The notes beneath the pieces were generated by a model. The model ran no database searches and was not told where the DNA came from. It saw only the letters and a program-made list of their open reading frames with translations. The translations under genes and the position numbers were made by a program. From Candidatus Moraniibacteriota bacterium (GTDB taxonomy: Bacteria; Patescibacteriota; Minisyncoccia; Moranbacterales; UBA1568), in the NCBI GenBank assembly GCA_008012175.1, contig SSEF01000020.1, positions 24,002 through 88,001 of the forward strand: 64,000 bases of DNA, written 5' to 3'. Positions 50,129 to 59,393 of this stretch are shown here, piece after piece; the first letter of the stretch is position 1; each line of letters begins with the position of its first letter.

Positions 50129-53100
50129 TTAGACTGTTTCAACGTCATCCTCTTCTTCCCCGTCCACCGAGACGGTCTTCGCCCCCTTCAGCTCGACATT
50201 GAGGCAGAGGCCCTTCAGTTCGTTCACGAGCACATGGAACGAAGCTGGAATATTTGGACTCTTGATCGCCTCGCCTTTGATGATAGACTCGTAGGCTTTC
50301 GATCGGCCGAGTACGTCGTCAGACTTGATGGTGAGCATTTCCTGGAGCGTATGCGCCGCACCGTAGCCTTCGAGCGCCCACACTTCCATTTCACCGAAGC
50401 GCTGGCCGCCGAACTGTGCCTTGCCGCCGAGCGGCTGCTGGGTGATGAGCGAGTAGGGCCCGATGGATCGCATATGAATCTTGTCGTCGACCAAGTGGTT
50501 CAGCTTCATGATATACATGACGCCGACAGTCGTCTCATTGTCATACATCTGGCCGCTCTTGCCATCGACGAGGCGGATCTTGCCGCTTTCTGGCAGGCCA
50601 GCTTCCTTGAGCTGCGCTTTGATATCGGTCTCCGTGACACCGTCGAGAGATGAGCTCGCGACCTTGTAGCCGAGCGTCGAAGCCGCCCAGCCGAGATGCG
50701 TCTCGAGGATCTGTCCGATATTCATACGGGAGGCGACACCGAGCGCGTTCAGGACGACATCGACCGGAGTACCATCCGGGAGGTACGGCATGTCCTCGAC
50801 TGGTGCGACATGGGAAATAACACCCTTGTTGCCGTGACGACCAGCCAGCTTGTCGCCGACCTGAATCTTCCTGAGCTGAGCGACGGAAATCTGGATCTGC
50901 TCGAAGACACCCATCGGGAGCTTGTCGCCCTTGTCGCGGGAGAAGATCTTCACATCGACAACCTTGCCGTGCTCGCCGTGCGGGAGATAGAGGGACGAAT
51001 CCTTCACATCGCGCGACTTCTCTCCGAAGATGACGCGGAGGAGCCGCTCTTCGGCGGTCAGATCGCCTTCGCCTTTCGGCGTGATCTTGCCGCAGAGGAT
51101 GTCGCCGGACGAAACTTCCGCACCGATGCGGATGATACCGTTTTCATCGAGGTTCTTCAGGCGGTCTTCGCCGATATTCGGGATATCGCGGGTGACGACT
51201 TCCGGCCCGAGCTTCGTATCGCGGACATCGAGAGAGAAATCTTCGATATGGATGGAGCTCCAGCGGTCGCGCTGCACGACGCGTTCGGAAATGATAATGG
51301 CGTCCTCGTAGTTGTAACCCTCCCACGGGATGAACGCGACGAGCATGTTCTGTCCGAGCGCGAGTTCGCCCTGCTCGGTCGATGCACCGTCAGCGAGGAG
51401 ATCGCCGGCATCGACTTTCTGACCCTTCGCGACGCGCGGCACCTGGTTCATGGACGTGAACGCGTTCGACTTCTCAAAGCTCTGGAGCGGGTATTCGCGA
51501 TCGAGATGCTCTTTCTTTGAGCCGACCGGCGCCTTGGAGCGGACGATGACATGGGTCGCATCGACTTCGATGACCTCACCGGCGTCAAGCGCGAGGACGA
51601 CCTGGCCCGAATCACGGGCAGCCTTGTCTTCGATACCCGTACCGATGACTGGCGACTCCGGCACGACACAGGAGACGGCCTGGCGTTGCATGTTCGAACC
51701 CATGAGGGCGCGGTTGGCATCATCATGCTCGAGGAACGGGATGAGCGCGGTCGCAATCGAGATGCACTGCTTCACGGAGACATCGATATAGTCGACGGCC
51801 TCAGCCTCGATCGTTTCCGGATGACCCTTCACGCGAGCTTCGACTTGGGTCTCATTGATATTGCGGTCGGCGTCGAGAGAGATGCCGGCATGCGCGATGA
51901 TCTTGCGATCTTCAACGATAGCGTTCAGGTACTCGATCTCGAGCGAGACGAACGGCTTCACCGCGACGGTCTCGCCTTTCTTCTTCCCGGCGACTTTCTC
52001 CGCCAGCGCTTCGGTCAGATGATCGCCCTTCTTGGCGACGCCCTCCACGGTCTCGCGGAGGATGCGACCGGTAAGCTCCTCTTTCTTCGCGGCAACCTCG
52101 TGCTTCACGATGAGGTATGGCGTCTCGAGGAACCCGTATTCGTTCACGCGGGCATAGGTCGCGAGGTGGCCGACGAGACCGATGTTCGGACCTTCTGGCG
52201 TTTCGATCGGACAGATGCGGCCGTAGTGAGAGTGGTGGACGTCACGGACTTCGAAGCCGGCGCGCTCACGGGTGAGTCCGCCCGGGCCCATGGCCGAGAG
52301 ACGACGCTTGTGCTCGAGCTCGGCGAGCGGGTTGACCTGGTCCATGAATTGCGACAACTGCGAGCTCGAGAAGAACTCCTTCACGGCGGCAGCGACCGGG
52401 CGCGGGTTGATGAGCTGCCCTGGGACGACGGTCTCGACATCGCAGGTGCTCATGCGGTCCTTGATGTTCCTCACCATGCGGTAGAGTCCGACACGGAGCT
52501 TGTTCTGGATGAGCTCGCCCACGGCGCGCACGCGACGGTTCCCGAGGTGGTCGATATCGTCCGCTTTGCCTTCCGGATCATTGTTGAGGCGGATGACCTC
52601 GCGGATGATGAGGATGAGGTCATCGATGTTCAAAACGCGGTTCTCTTCTTTGTCGGGACGATCGACTTCGAGCCGCTGGTTCAGGCGATATCGACCGACC
52701 GCGCCAAAGTCATAGCGCTCAAAATTGAAGAACATGCCGTCGATCATCTGCTTGGCATTCTCCTCGGTCGCGAGGTCGCCCGGACGCAGGCGCTTGTACA
52801 CCTCGCGATAGGCTTCGCCCTGGTTGGCGGCACCATCTTTGGCGAGGGTCGTTTCGATATAGTTGATGTCGCCCTTATCGATATCGACGAATGCCTTGCG
52901 GATCTCTTTCTCCACCATGCCGAACGCCTTGAGGAGCGCGGTCACAGCGAGCTTACGCTTGCGGTCGATCTTCACCGAGAGCACGCCGTCGAGGTCGGTC
53001 TCGATCTCGAGCCAGGCGCCGCGGTTCGGGATGATCTTCGCGCCAAAGAGCTTCTTGCCCTTCTGATACTCCATGGTGAAGAACACTCCGGGTGAGCGGA

Positions 53101-53620
53101 TGAGCTGAGAAACCACGACACGCTCGACGCCGTTGATGATGAAGGTGCCGCGTTCGGTCATGAGGGGAACTTCGCCGAGATAGATCTCCTGCTCCTTCAC
53201 TTCGCCGGTCTTCTTCATGAGGAGGACCGCCTTCGCGCGGAGCGGTGCCTCGTAGGAGATATTCTTGTCTTTCGCCACGCTTGCCGGATACTTCGGCTCG
53301 TCGAGGTAGTAGCCCGTAAGGGAAAGTTCCAGGTCCTTGCCGGTGAAGTCCGTGACCGGATTGATCTCGTCGAGGAGCTCCTGAAGGCCTTTCTTCCAGA
53401 ACCAATCATAGGAGGCCGTCTGCACCTCGATGAGGTCCGGCAGAGACACCGTGATGCGGTTCTTGAAGAACCGACGCTTCTTGAGTGAGGAACCCGTGCT
53501 GATCGCGTCCTTGACGCGCAACGTCTTGCCCTTGGTCATAGAAAAACACCCACGCCGCTCCGTCTTGCTGGCGAAAAGCAAGCCGGGGGTATGAGGATTA
53601 CGGTTATTTACTTGTCCCAA
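50129..53620 (-). CDS. rpoB: DNA-directed RNA polymerase subunit beta
   Basis: 1163 aa. The rifampicin-cluster region and the conserved GEMEVWALEGYGAA C-terminal motif. Confidence 0.97.
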   Translation of the reverse strand: MGQVNNRNPHTPGLLFASKTERRGCFSMTKGKTLRVKDAISTGSSLKKRRFFKNRITVSLPDLIEVQTASYDWFWKKGLQELLDEINPVTDFTGKDLELSLTGYYLDEPKYPASVAKDKNISYEAPLRAKAVLLMKKTGEVKEQEIYLGEVPLMTERGTFIINGVERVVVSQLIRSPGVFFTMEYQKGKKLFGAKIIPNRGAWLEIETDLDGVLSVKIDRKRKLAVTALLKAFGMVEKEIRKAFVDIDKGDINYIETTLAKDGAANQGEAYREVYKRLRPGDLATEENAKQMIDGMFFNFERYDFGAVGRYRLNQRLEVDRPDKEENRVLNIDDLILIIREVIRLNNDPEGKADDIDHLGNRRVRAVGELIQNKLRVGLYRMVRNIKDRMSTCDVETVVPGQLINPRPVAAAVKEFFSSSQLSQFMDQVNPLAELEHKRRLSAMGPGGLTRERAGFEVRDVHHSHYGRICPIETPEGPNIGLVGHLATYARVNEYGFLETPYLIVKHEVAAKKEELTGRILRETVEGVAKKGDHLTEALAEKVAGKKKGETVAVKPFVSLEIEYLNAIVEDRKIIAHAGISLDADRNINETQVEARVKGHPETIEAEAVDYIDVSVKQCISIATALIPFLEHDDANRALMGSNMQRQAVSCVVPESPVIGTGIEDKAARDSGQVVLALDAGEVIEVDATHVIVRSKAPVGSKKEHLDREYPLQSFEKSNAFTSMNQVPRVAKGQKVDAGDLLADGASTEQGELALGQNMLVAFIPWEGYNYEDAIIISERVVQRDRWSSIHIEDFSLDVRDTKLGPEVVTRDIPNIGEDRLKNLDENGIIRIGAEVSSGDILCGKITPKGEGDLTAEERLLRVIFGEKSRDVKDSSLYLPHGEHGKVVDVKIFSRDKGDKLPMGVFEQIQISVAQLRKIQVGDKLAGRHGNKGVISHVAPVEDMPYLPDGTPVDVVLNALGVASRMNIGQILETHLGWAASTLGYKVASSSLDGVTETDIKAQLKEAGLPESGKIRLVDGKSGQMYDNETTVGVMYIMKLNHLVDDKIHMRSIGPYSLITQQPLGGKAQFGGQRFGEMEVWALEGYGAAHTLQEMLTIKSDDVLGRSKAYESIIKGEAIKSPNIPASFHVLVNELKGLCLNVELKGAKTVSVDGEEEDDVETV

Positions 53621-53866
53621 CTACGGTCGACTTGATCGAAAACTCGACTGTACGCATCACCCGAACTTTAAGCGAGTAAGCTATCGAGAAACCACTTCCC
53701 CTCTTGAAAACAGTTTTTCGACAGACCTCGTTCCAGAAATCGAAAACTTTCTCTAAAGTACTCACGAGTCTAGCAAGCGCTGAAAATCCTGTCAAATAGG
53801 ACAGAAAACCCCCTGGCTCGTATCGGGCCGCGGGTTCATTTCAGCTACTTTTTGTCTGTTTTTGCT

Positions 53867-54157
53867 TCACTCTATTCTTAGAGCAACGCTATCACTCACG
53901 GCCCAAGTATACACTTTTGCCACCGTCTCGGCAATTTTCACGCTCGTGAAATTTTCAGAAACATCGGTTTCAAGGCGAAAATCGGTCACATCCTCGGGAT
54001 TCAGGTCGTTTTCGGAAAGGAGCGCCTCTATCCCCTGAAAGAGCTGCCGCCCCAGATCCCGGCTCTCGGCCCAGCTTTTTTCCGCCACGGCCTCCCCGTC
54101 CCGCATGAGTACGAGCCGTGCATCGGTCTTAGTGAGAGTAAGGAGAAAGGAGTACAT
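53867..54157 (-). CDS. Hypothetical protein resembling only the N-terminal part of TsaB/YeaZ
   Basis: 96 aa. DARLVLMRDGEAVAEKSW...NDLNPEDVTDF parallels the TsaB N-terminus, but the ORF stops after about 96 aa. Confidence 0.3.
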   Translation of the reverse strand: MYSFLLTLTKTDARLVLMRDGEAVAEKSWAESRDLGRQLFQGIEALLSENDLNPEDVTDFRLETDVSENFTSVKIAETVAKVYTWAVSDSVALRIE

Positions 54158-54165
54158 ACCTAGAT

Positions 54166-54435
54166 TTATTTACTGGACATGAACGGAAGTATATCTTTTA
54201 TAAATTTCTTCTTCCTTTCGATCTCTTGAATTAAAGGCTCGTATTTAGCATCTAGCACCCGAATCTGGCCCTCAATAACGGGCATTGCAATTGTTTGACC
54301 TCTTACCTTATCTTTCTCAACATTCCAATCCTGATAGAGTCGTTCTTCCTTTCGTCTGTAGCATAGCATTACTAAAAAAGCACAGGACCAAACTAACGCA
54401 AATCCCAGAATACTTACCTTTGTTAACAGTTCCAT
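54166..54435 (-). CDS. Hypothetical small membrane protein (AT-rich)
   Basis: About 89 aa from Met23 of the 111-aa ORF. One TM helix. Local GC is about 38%. Confidence 0.3.
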   Translation of the reverse strand: MELLTKVSILGFALVWSCAFLVMLCYRRKEERLYQDWNVEKDKVRGQTIAMPVIEGQIRVLDAKYEPLIQEIERKKKFIKDILPFMSSK

Positions 54436-54439
54436 AATT

Positions 54440-55189
54440 TTATTTAAGCTTCTTCCAGTCGAATTTCCAGGGGTCAGTCTTCCTGCCCGGGGCGATATCA
54501 CCGTGGCCGACGACGGACTTTATCTTGTGGCGGCCTTTGATGTCGGCGATGAGCGCATTCACCGCTGCGTACTGCCTGTCCGTATAGCCGCTCTCCTCGG
54601 TCGCGATGATCTCGATACCGATGGAAAAGTCGTTCACGTTCTTCCGACCATCGGGCATTTTCGACGAGCCGGCATGGTAGGCGATATTCGCCTCTTCCAC
54701 CAGTCGGAGTACCGTACCAGAACGATCGATGAGGTAGTGGGCGCCCACGCCGTACTCTTCGTATTCCTCTATCGTCCGGCCGACCGAGTACACATCGCCC
54801 CCGAGCGCATTGTACGACGAGTGCAGCACGATCGTATCGATACTGCGCGGCGCGGGCGGCGTGCGGAAACCGAAGCGGAGGATGCGCGACTCGATGGACA
54901 GGCCAGCGTCTCCTTCCTTCTCTTCCTTTGGCTGGTCAACCGGCTTTTCAACTAGAACCTGAACTGGGGTAGGAGCTGGTGCTGTCGGTTTTACCTCTTC
55001 AGACGGAAGATCCGGGGTTGGGACAGATCCTTGCACGGCCGATTCCGGCGGCATAGGATCAGCCTCGAGTACAACAGCATCGTTTTCAAAAGCTATCTCG
55101 TCGAGCGGCGAATCGCCGGAAAAGCTGTGAAAAAGGCCGCCGATCGAGACGGAGAGGAAAGCGATGAGGCCGAGAAAGAGGCGGATCAT
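54440..55189 (-). CDS. N-acetylmuramoyl-L-alanine amidase (Amidase_2/PGRP fold), secreted
   Basis: 249 aa. Signal or anchor peptide. The core GAHYLIDRSGTV...AYHAG...FSIGIEI...GHGDIAP is the zinc amidase_2 signature. Confidence 0.8.
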   Translation of the reverse strand: MIRLFLGLIAFLSVSIGGLFHSFSGDSPLDEIAFENDAVVLEADPMPPESAVQGSVPTPDLPSEEVKPTAPAPTPVQVLVEKPVDQPKEEKEGDAGLSIESRILRFGFRTPPAPRSIDTIVLHSSYNALGGDVYSVGRTIEEYEEYGVGAHYLIDRSGTVLRLVEEANIAYHAGSSKMPDGRKNVNDFSIGIEIIATEESGYTDRQYAAVNALIADIKGRHKIKSVVGHGDIAPGRKTDPWKFDWKKLK

Positions 55190-55245
55190 AAGGGTCCTTA
55201 TTTGCCTCGATTATACTCCGGAAACAGAAAGTCGTCTGATAGTAG

Positions 55246-55482
55246 CTAGCGACGCGATTTTCTTGTAAGAAAAAGGGTTCCGGCCGCGCCGATCGCTGCG
55301 CCGAGGGACAGCGTGACGGCGGCTGCTTGGCGCGGATGCTTTTTCACATAGCGTTCGACCGCGCCGAGCGTATCGACGAGCTCCGTCTCGACACGAGTCA
55401 CCTCGCGGAGCGCCTGGCGCTTGGCTCGGGCGAGTTCCTTCTCGATGATGGCCTGCATTGTCCGGCGATCCGCTACATCCAT
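55246..55482 (-). CDS. DUF883/YqjD(ElaB)-like small membrane-anchored protein (the ORF extends to 55638)
   Basis: C-terminal ...HPRQAAAVTLSLGAAIGAAGTLFLTRK TM anchor, with a coiled-coil N-terminus. Confidence 0.35.
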   Translation of the reverse strand: MDVADRRTMQAIIEKELARAKRQALREVTRVETELVDTLGAVERYVKKHPRQAAAVTLSLGAAIGAAGTLFLTRKSRR

Positions 55483-55492
55483 ACCGGTAGCG

Positions 55493-55828
55493 CTAGCGGC
55501 GTCGCGAAAACAGCATGACAATGCTGGTGATGACGAGGATGAATGTCCCGACAGCGATCTGTCCGATGCCGGGAAATCGGACGAGAGCATTGATGACTTC
55601 GGCGCTTCCCGAGAGGACAAAGACGATCCCGACGCCAAGGAGGAGGAGCGCGAAGAGCCGCTGCACGGCGCGATTGATCACGATATGCGCCCGATCCTCG
55701 GCGAGGACCGAGATGCGGTCGATAAAACTCTCGACCGTGCCGAACATACGCTCGACGAAATACGGGATGAAGCTCCAGCGTTCCGGATTTTCCTTTTCTT
55801 CCCTCATTTTTTTTGTGTTTTCAGACAT
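55493..55828 (-). CDS. Phage-holin-superfamily-like small membrane protein (the ORF extends to 55882)
   Basis: Two TM helices (ALLLLGVGIVFVLSG and IAVGTFILVITSIVMLF) with a charged N-terminus. Confidence 0.4.
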   Translation of the reverse strand: MSENTKKMREEKENPERWSFIPYFVERMFGTVESFIDRISVLAEDRAHIVINRAVQRLFALLLLGVGIVFVLSGSAEVINALVRFPGIGQIAVGTFILVITSIVMLFSRRR

Positions 55829-55832
55829 AGAG

Positions 55833-57212
55833 CTAGCGGCGATTGACTTGATTGTATCTATTATCAAGAATTGAAAGCGCATCGTTTATATTACGCTCGC
55901 CCCGAACAATCGAGCTGATTGTATCGATGAGCAGTCCTTCGACCTGTTCGGTATTCCCGGGCTTCCAGCTCTTGGCGATGAGATTGCCGTTTGCGAAAGG
56001 GCTCAGGACTACGTCGCCCTGCTGATCGCGTATGAGGTCGCGACGCGCAGCAGGCTTCCTGGTAAGTTCAAGGTATTTCTTCGCCGGATCAAGCGCGACC
56101 GGGAAATCCGCCGCGCTCCCCGAGAGAGCGTTCGAGAGGCGTACCGTACCAGATGAATGCGGCAGGGTCAGATATGACAGCAACTGCCAGGCCTCGTGTA
56201 CTCTCGCCTGCTGGTACCGCTCTGTCGGGAGGGCGGTCTCTGGCCGTGACTGATCGATGACCTGCGCCTTATTCTTGGCTACTGCGAATCCCCAGTAGTT
56301 CGAGAAGTCCACTGGCGGCTGGCCATCAAACTGCGGCAGTGGTGCGACGGCAAAATTGAGCTTTGCATTTTTCTGCCGGATCGTCGCGTAATGATACGAA
56401 TAGTTTATCATCATCCCGAGCGTCCCCTCATAGAAAGCATCAATCGAGTAGTGCTGCCGCTGATTCCAGGTATAGACCGGGAGTCCAAGCCGTGAAAACT
56501 GGGTATAGAACTCCAGTGCCTGTCGATCGGGTTGCTCGCTGAAACGCGCATCTGTAATCGATGCCCCGTACTGCATCATGAGGGTCAGCAGAATATCGGA
56601 AGATCGGTTGATATTCTCACCTGATCCTAAGGCTATAGCGGCTTGATTGATATTGCCGAAATCATCCTGCTTGACCAGGAGCGGAACCATGGCGACGAGC
56701 TCTTCCCAGGTCTTCGGTGGCGCAGAGATTCCGGCAGCATTGAAGATGTCCTTATTATAGTAAAGCGCGAGCGAATCAACCGAGAGCGGGACGGCCATCA
56801 CTTGCTTTTTCTCATCAAGAAAGTCATCAGCAACGACGTCGACAAACGCATCACGGATAGTCTTCTCGGTAAACATCGCTGCAGGAGCCGGTATCGCCTT
56901 GTCGGCAAAACTCGAAAGCCAGGTATTCCGCAACATGAAAATATCCGGCCCGTTCCCCGAAGCCATGGCATCCAAGAGATCTTCTTTGTATGTCTCCGGG
57001 GCGAGCTTTCGGTACTTTATATCCTTGATGTGCGGATTGATCTTCCGATAATCCGCAACTATCTGATTGAAAATATCAGAATCATCGAACGTACCCCAGA
57101 CATCGAGCGTGATCTCGTACGGAACAGACTCGGGCTCTCCGCAACCAGAAAGCACCAGGATAAAGCCGCTAAGAAAAGCAAGCGAGGCGATACGCATTAG
57201 CCGATGTTTCAT
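55833..57212 (-). CDS. ABC transporter extracellular solute-binding lipoprotein (sugar-type SBP family 1)
   Basis: Lipobox LVLSGCG after Met37. The size and pattern fit a family-1 solute-binding protein. The ORF extends to 57320. Confidence 0.7.
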   Translation of the reverse strand: MKHRLMRIASLAFLSGFILVLSGCGEPESVPYEITLDVWGTFDDSDIFNQIVADYRKINPHIKDIKYRKLAPETYKEDLLDAMASGNGPDIFMLRNTWLSSFADKAIPAPAAMFTEKTIRDAFVDVVADDFLDEKKQVMAVPLSVDSLALYYNKDIFNAAGISAPPKTWEELVAMVPLLVKQDDFGNINQAAIALGSGENINRSSDILLTLMMQYGASITDARFSEQPDRQALEFYTQFSRLGLPVYTWNQRQHYSIDAFYEGTLGMMINYSYHYATIRQKNAKLNFAVAPLPQFDGQPPVDFSNYWGFAVAKNKAQVIDQSRPETALPTERYQQARVHEAWQLLSYLTLPHSSGTVRLSNALSGSAADFPVALDPAKKYLELTRKPAARRDLIRDQQGDVVLSPFANGNLIAKSWKPGNTEQVEGLLIDTISSIVRGERNINDALSILDNRYNQVNRR

Positions 57213-57219
57213 AGGCATT

Positions 57220-57867
57220 TTAGTGTTTCTTTTCTGCAAGAAAAGCATAGTGGAATCCACCAACTGGTGGCTCGTCAACGACCGTAAGCCCCGCTTCCGC
57301 CAGGGTATGCCGCAAATCATCCGGCTTCATCCGAAGTTCTCTGTCGGGACCGACAACCGATTCGCTCGGATCCCACTCGATGATGAGCGCTCGACCATTC
57401 GGCTTCAAGATCCGTGCCACTTCGCGCAAAATAGCTTCCTTTTCCTTGTTCTGGAGAAGCACATCCTTTGCAAGCACCCAATCTGCCGTCTCCGATCCGA
57501 GACCCGAACCATTCACGCGCTCTAGATTGCACCGCTGAGGAACAATATTCGTGAGACCGAGGGTCTTTGCCTGACTCGTGATCGCCTCCAAGGCGGACGG
57601 CAACACGTCAAGCGCATAGACCGTTCCCTCCGGACCGACAGCACGAGCAAACTCTAAAGAGAAATGACCGGAACCGGCGCCAAAATCTGCGACTACGTCC
57701 CCGGAACCGACCGAGAGAGAACGAATCACTTCTCGCGGCTCGACAAATGTCAGGCTTTTTGGTACGCCCATAATTTTATTCGTCATTCTCAACACCTCTT
57801 TGATTGTACAACGAAGAGAGCGAGTTTCCAACGCCAGAACCTCAACAAATAGTTGCTCTCCGGCCAT
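57220..57867 (-). CDS. Class I SAM-dependent methyltransferase
   Basis: VADFGAGSGHFS (motif I) and ILKPNGRALIIEW. Confidence 0.72.
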   Translation of the reverse strand: MAGEQLFVEVLALETRSLRCTIKEVLRMTNKIMGVPKSLTFVEPREVIRSLSVGSGDVVADFGAGSGHFSLEFARAVGPEGTVYALDVLPSALEAITSQAKTLGLTNIVPQRCNLERVNGSGLGSETADWVLAKDVLLQNKEKEAILREVARILKPNGRALIIEWDPSESVVGPDRELRMKPDDLRHTLAEAGLTVVDEPPVGGFHYAFLAEKKH

Positions 57868-57897
57868 TCTTTCGCTACACTGTGCTCGTCACAAAAC

Positions 57898-57984
57898 GGA
57901 AAGGTGGCCGAGTGGTTGAAGGTACTTGCTTGGAAAGCAAGCGTACGAGCAATCGTACCGAGGGTTCGAATCCCTCCCTTTCCG
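57898..57984 (+). tRNA. tRNA-Ser (anticodon GGA), type II with a long variable arm
   Basis: GGAAAGGTGGCCGAGTGGTTGAAGG...CTTGC-TTGGAAA-GCAAG...GGGTTCGAATCCC...CCTTTCC-G. CCA is not encoded. Confidence 0.88.
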
Positions 57985-58002
57985 CAACAAAGGATCTGGA
58001 GG

Positions 58003-58662
58003 CTAGTACGCCACTGGCATGGCAGGCATCGTCATTCCAGCTGGCAGCTTATCCTTCATCTCATCCATCATTTTCATCGACTGCTCGATCATCGCGCACT
58101 GGTCGATGAAGGAGACGTCTGTGGGGAGAGAGAAATCAACTGCGCTCGCTGCTTGGCACTGCACGTCCTTCAGACCATCAAACCCTTCACGGAGATCCTG
58201 AACAGAGGGGGCCGTATCCGACTTCTTAGAGGCGTCAGCTGACATGTCTTGGAAGCGAGCCGTCATCTTGTCGAGACAAGTTTTAGACATCTTGCTCCCC
58301 TGTTTCTCCTTGTCGGTCCAGGTGTACTGAGTCTCTCCATCGAAGAGGCCATGGACCGTCATATTCTTCATGACCGTTGTCGACTTGAATTTCTCGCCAT
58401 CTACCATGACGGTGGCCTGGATGGATTTGTCATCACCAATCGCATAGGCGCACTGCATCTTCCGACCGAGGCCCATCGCATCCTTGATGGAAGATACGAT
58501 GCCGCCTGTTTCTTTGGTTGCTCCCGCCACCTCATCAGAAACTCCCATCATTCCACCGTCTGTTTTCTCCATACCGGTCGAACCGGTCTCTCGGCTATTC
58601 CAATAGAGGAATCCGCCGATGAGAAGCACTGCCACGACCACGAGTCCAATGATTTTTCCCAT
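58003..58662 (-). CDS. Hypothetical secreted or membrane-anchored Met/Asp-rich protein
   Basis: 219 aa. N-terminal signal anchor IIGLVVVAVLLIGGFLY. Confidence 0.45.
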   Translation of the reverse strand: MGKIIGLVVVAVLLIGGFLYWNSRETGSTGMEKTDGGMMGVSDEVAGATKETGGIVSSIKDAMGLGRKMQCAYAIGDDKSIQATVMVDGEKFKSTTVMKNMTVHGLFDGETQYTWTDKEKQGSKMSKTCLDKMTARFQDMSADASKKSDTAPSVQDLREGFDGLKDVQCQAASAVDFSLPTDVSFIDQCAMIEQSMKMMDEMKDKLPAGMTMPAMPVAY

Positions 58663-58823
58663 AGCAAGAGAGGTTAATTGTCACTAGTATACCACTTGTC
58701 CAAAGACTCATTCGAAACTTTTTCAAAAAATCCTAGAAACAAGCCATCCACAGGCATAGTTCATGAACCTTCTCTGGTTTACAGCTGTTCTGTTTCCTGC
58801 TAGGCTCCCGGTACAGGCTTTCT

Positions 58824-59339
58824 ATGTTCGCGCAACTCTCTGAACCGACCGTACTTTTCGCCTGTCTGGGCGTTTTTTTCCTTTTACTGGCAATGCTTTC
58901 GGGAACTGTATTCATTCTCTTCCGGAAACTCGGGCGCCAAGAAAAGAAGCTCTCCGTATTCTTTTCAGGAAAAGAAGCCAAGGACCTGGAGACGCTCCTC
59001 CTCGAAGAGAAGGAGATCATCGCTTCGGTGGATGGCGACGTGCAGGAGCTCTTCGATATCTCGAACCAGCTCCATCAGCTCGGCAATCGGAGCCTGCACA
59101 AATGCGCCGTTCTGCGCTTCAATCCTTTCAAGGAAACAAGCGGCAATCAGAGCTTCGCTGTCGCACTCCTCGATGGGAAGGGAAGCGGTGTCGTTTTCTC
59201 ATCGCTTCACACCCGTGAAGGTACCCGCGTCTTCGCCAAGCCAGTCAAGCAGGGTGCGGCCGACGGATTCCCCTTTACTGAGGAAGAAAAGGCTGTGATC
59301 CGGGAAGCCGAACAGACTGCTCAGGAAAAAAAGGTCTAA
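58824..59339 (+). CDS. DUF4446-like membrane-anchored protein
   Basis: 171 aa. N-terminal TM helix. Recalled DUF4446 pattern (...RFNPF...SFAVALLD...GVVFSSLH...RVFAKP...). Confidence 0.45.
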   Translation: MFAQLSEPTVLFACLGVFFLLLAMLSGTVFILFRKLGRQEKKLSVFFSGKEAKDLETLLLEEKEIIASVDGDVQELFDISNQLHQLGNRSLHKCAVLRFNPFKETSGNQSFAVALLDGKGSGVVFSSLHTREGTRVFAKPVKQGAADGFPFTEEEKAVIREAEQTAQEKKV

Positions 59340-59393
59340 ATACGCTACCAAATTATCCCTCTTCAAAAACGTAAGCCTTACTTCAACATCACC

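Noticed and set aside
51551-53095. 514-aa plus-strand ORF, with similar long antisense ORFs at 48427-49476, 25758-26840, 59199-60311, 22146-22991 and 9111-9821
   Set aside because: All lie antisense inside strongly conserved genes (rpoB, rpoC, yqeY/rpsU region, infB, ftsZ, the aminoacylase gene). They are Arg/Asp-rich low-complexity translations typical of antisense frames in high-GC DNA.
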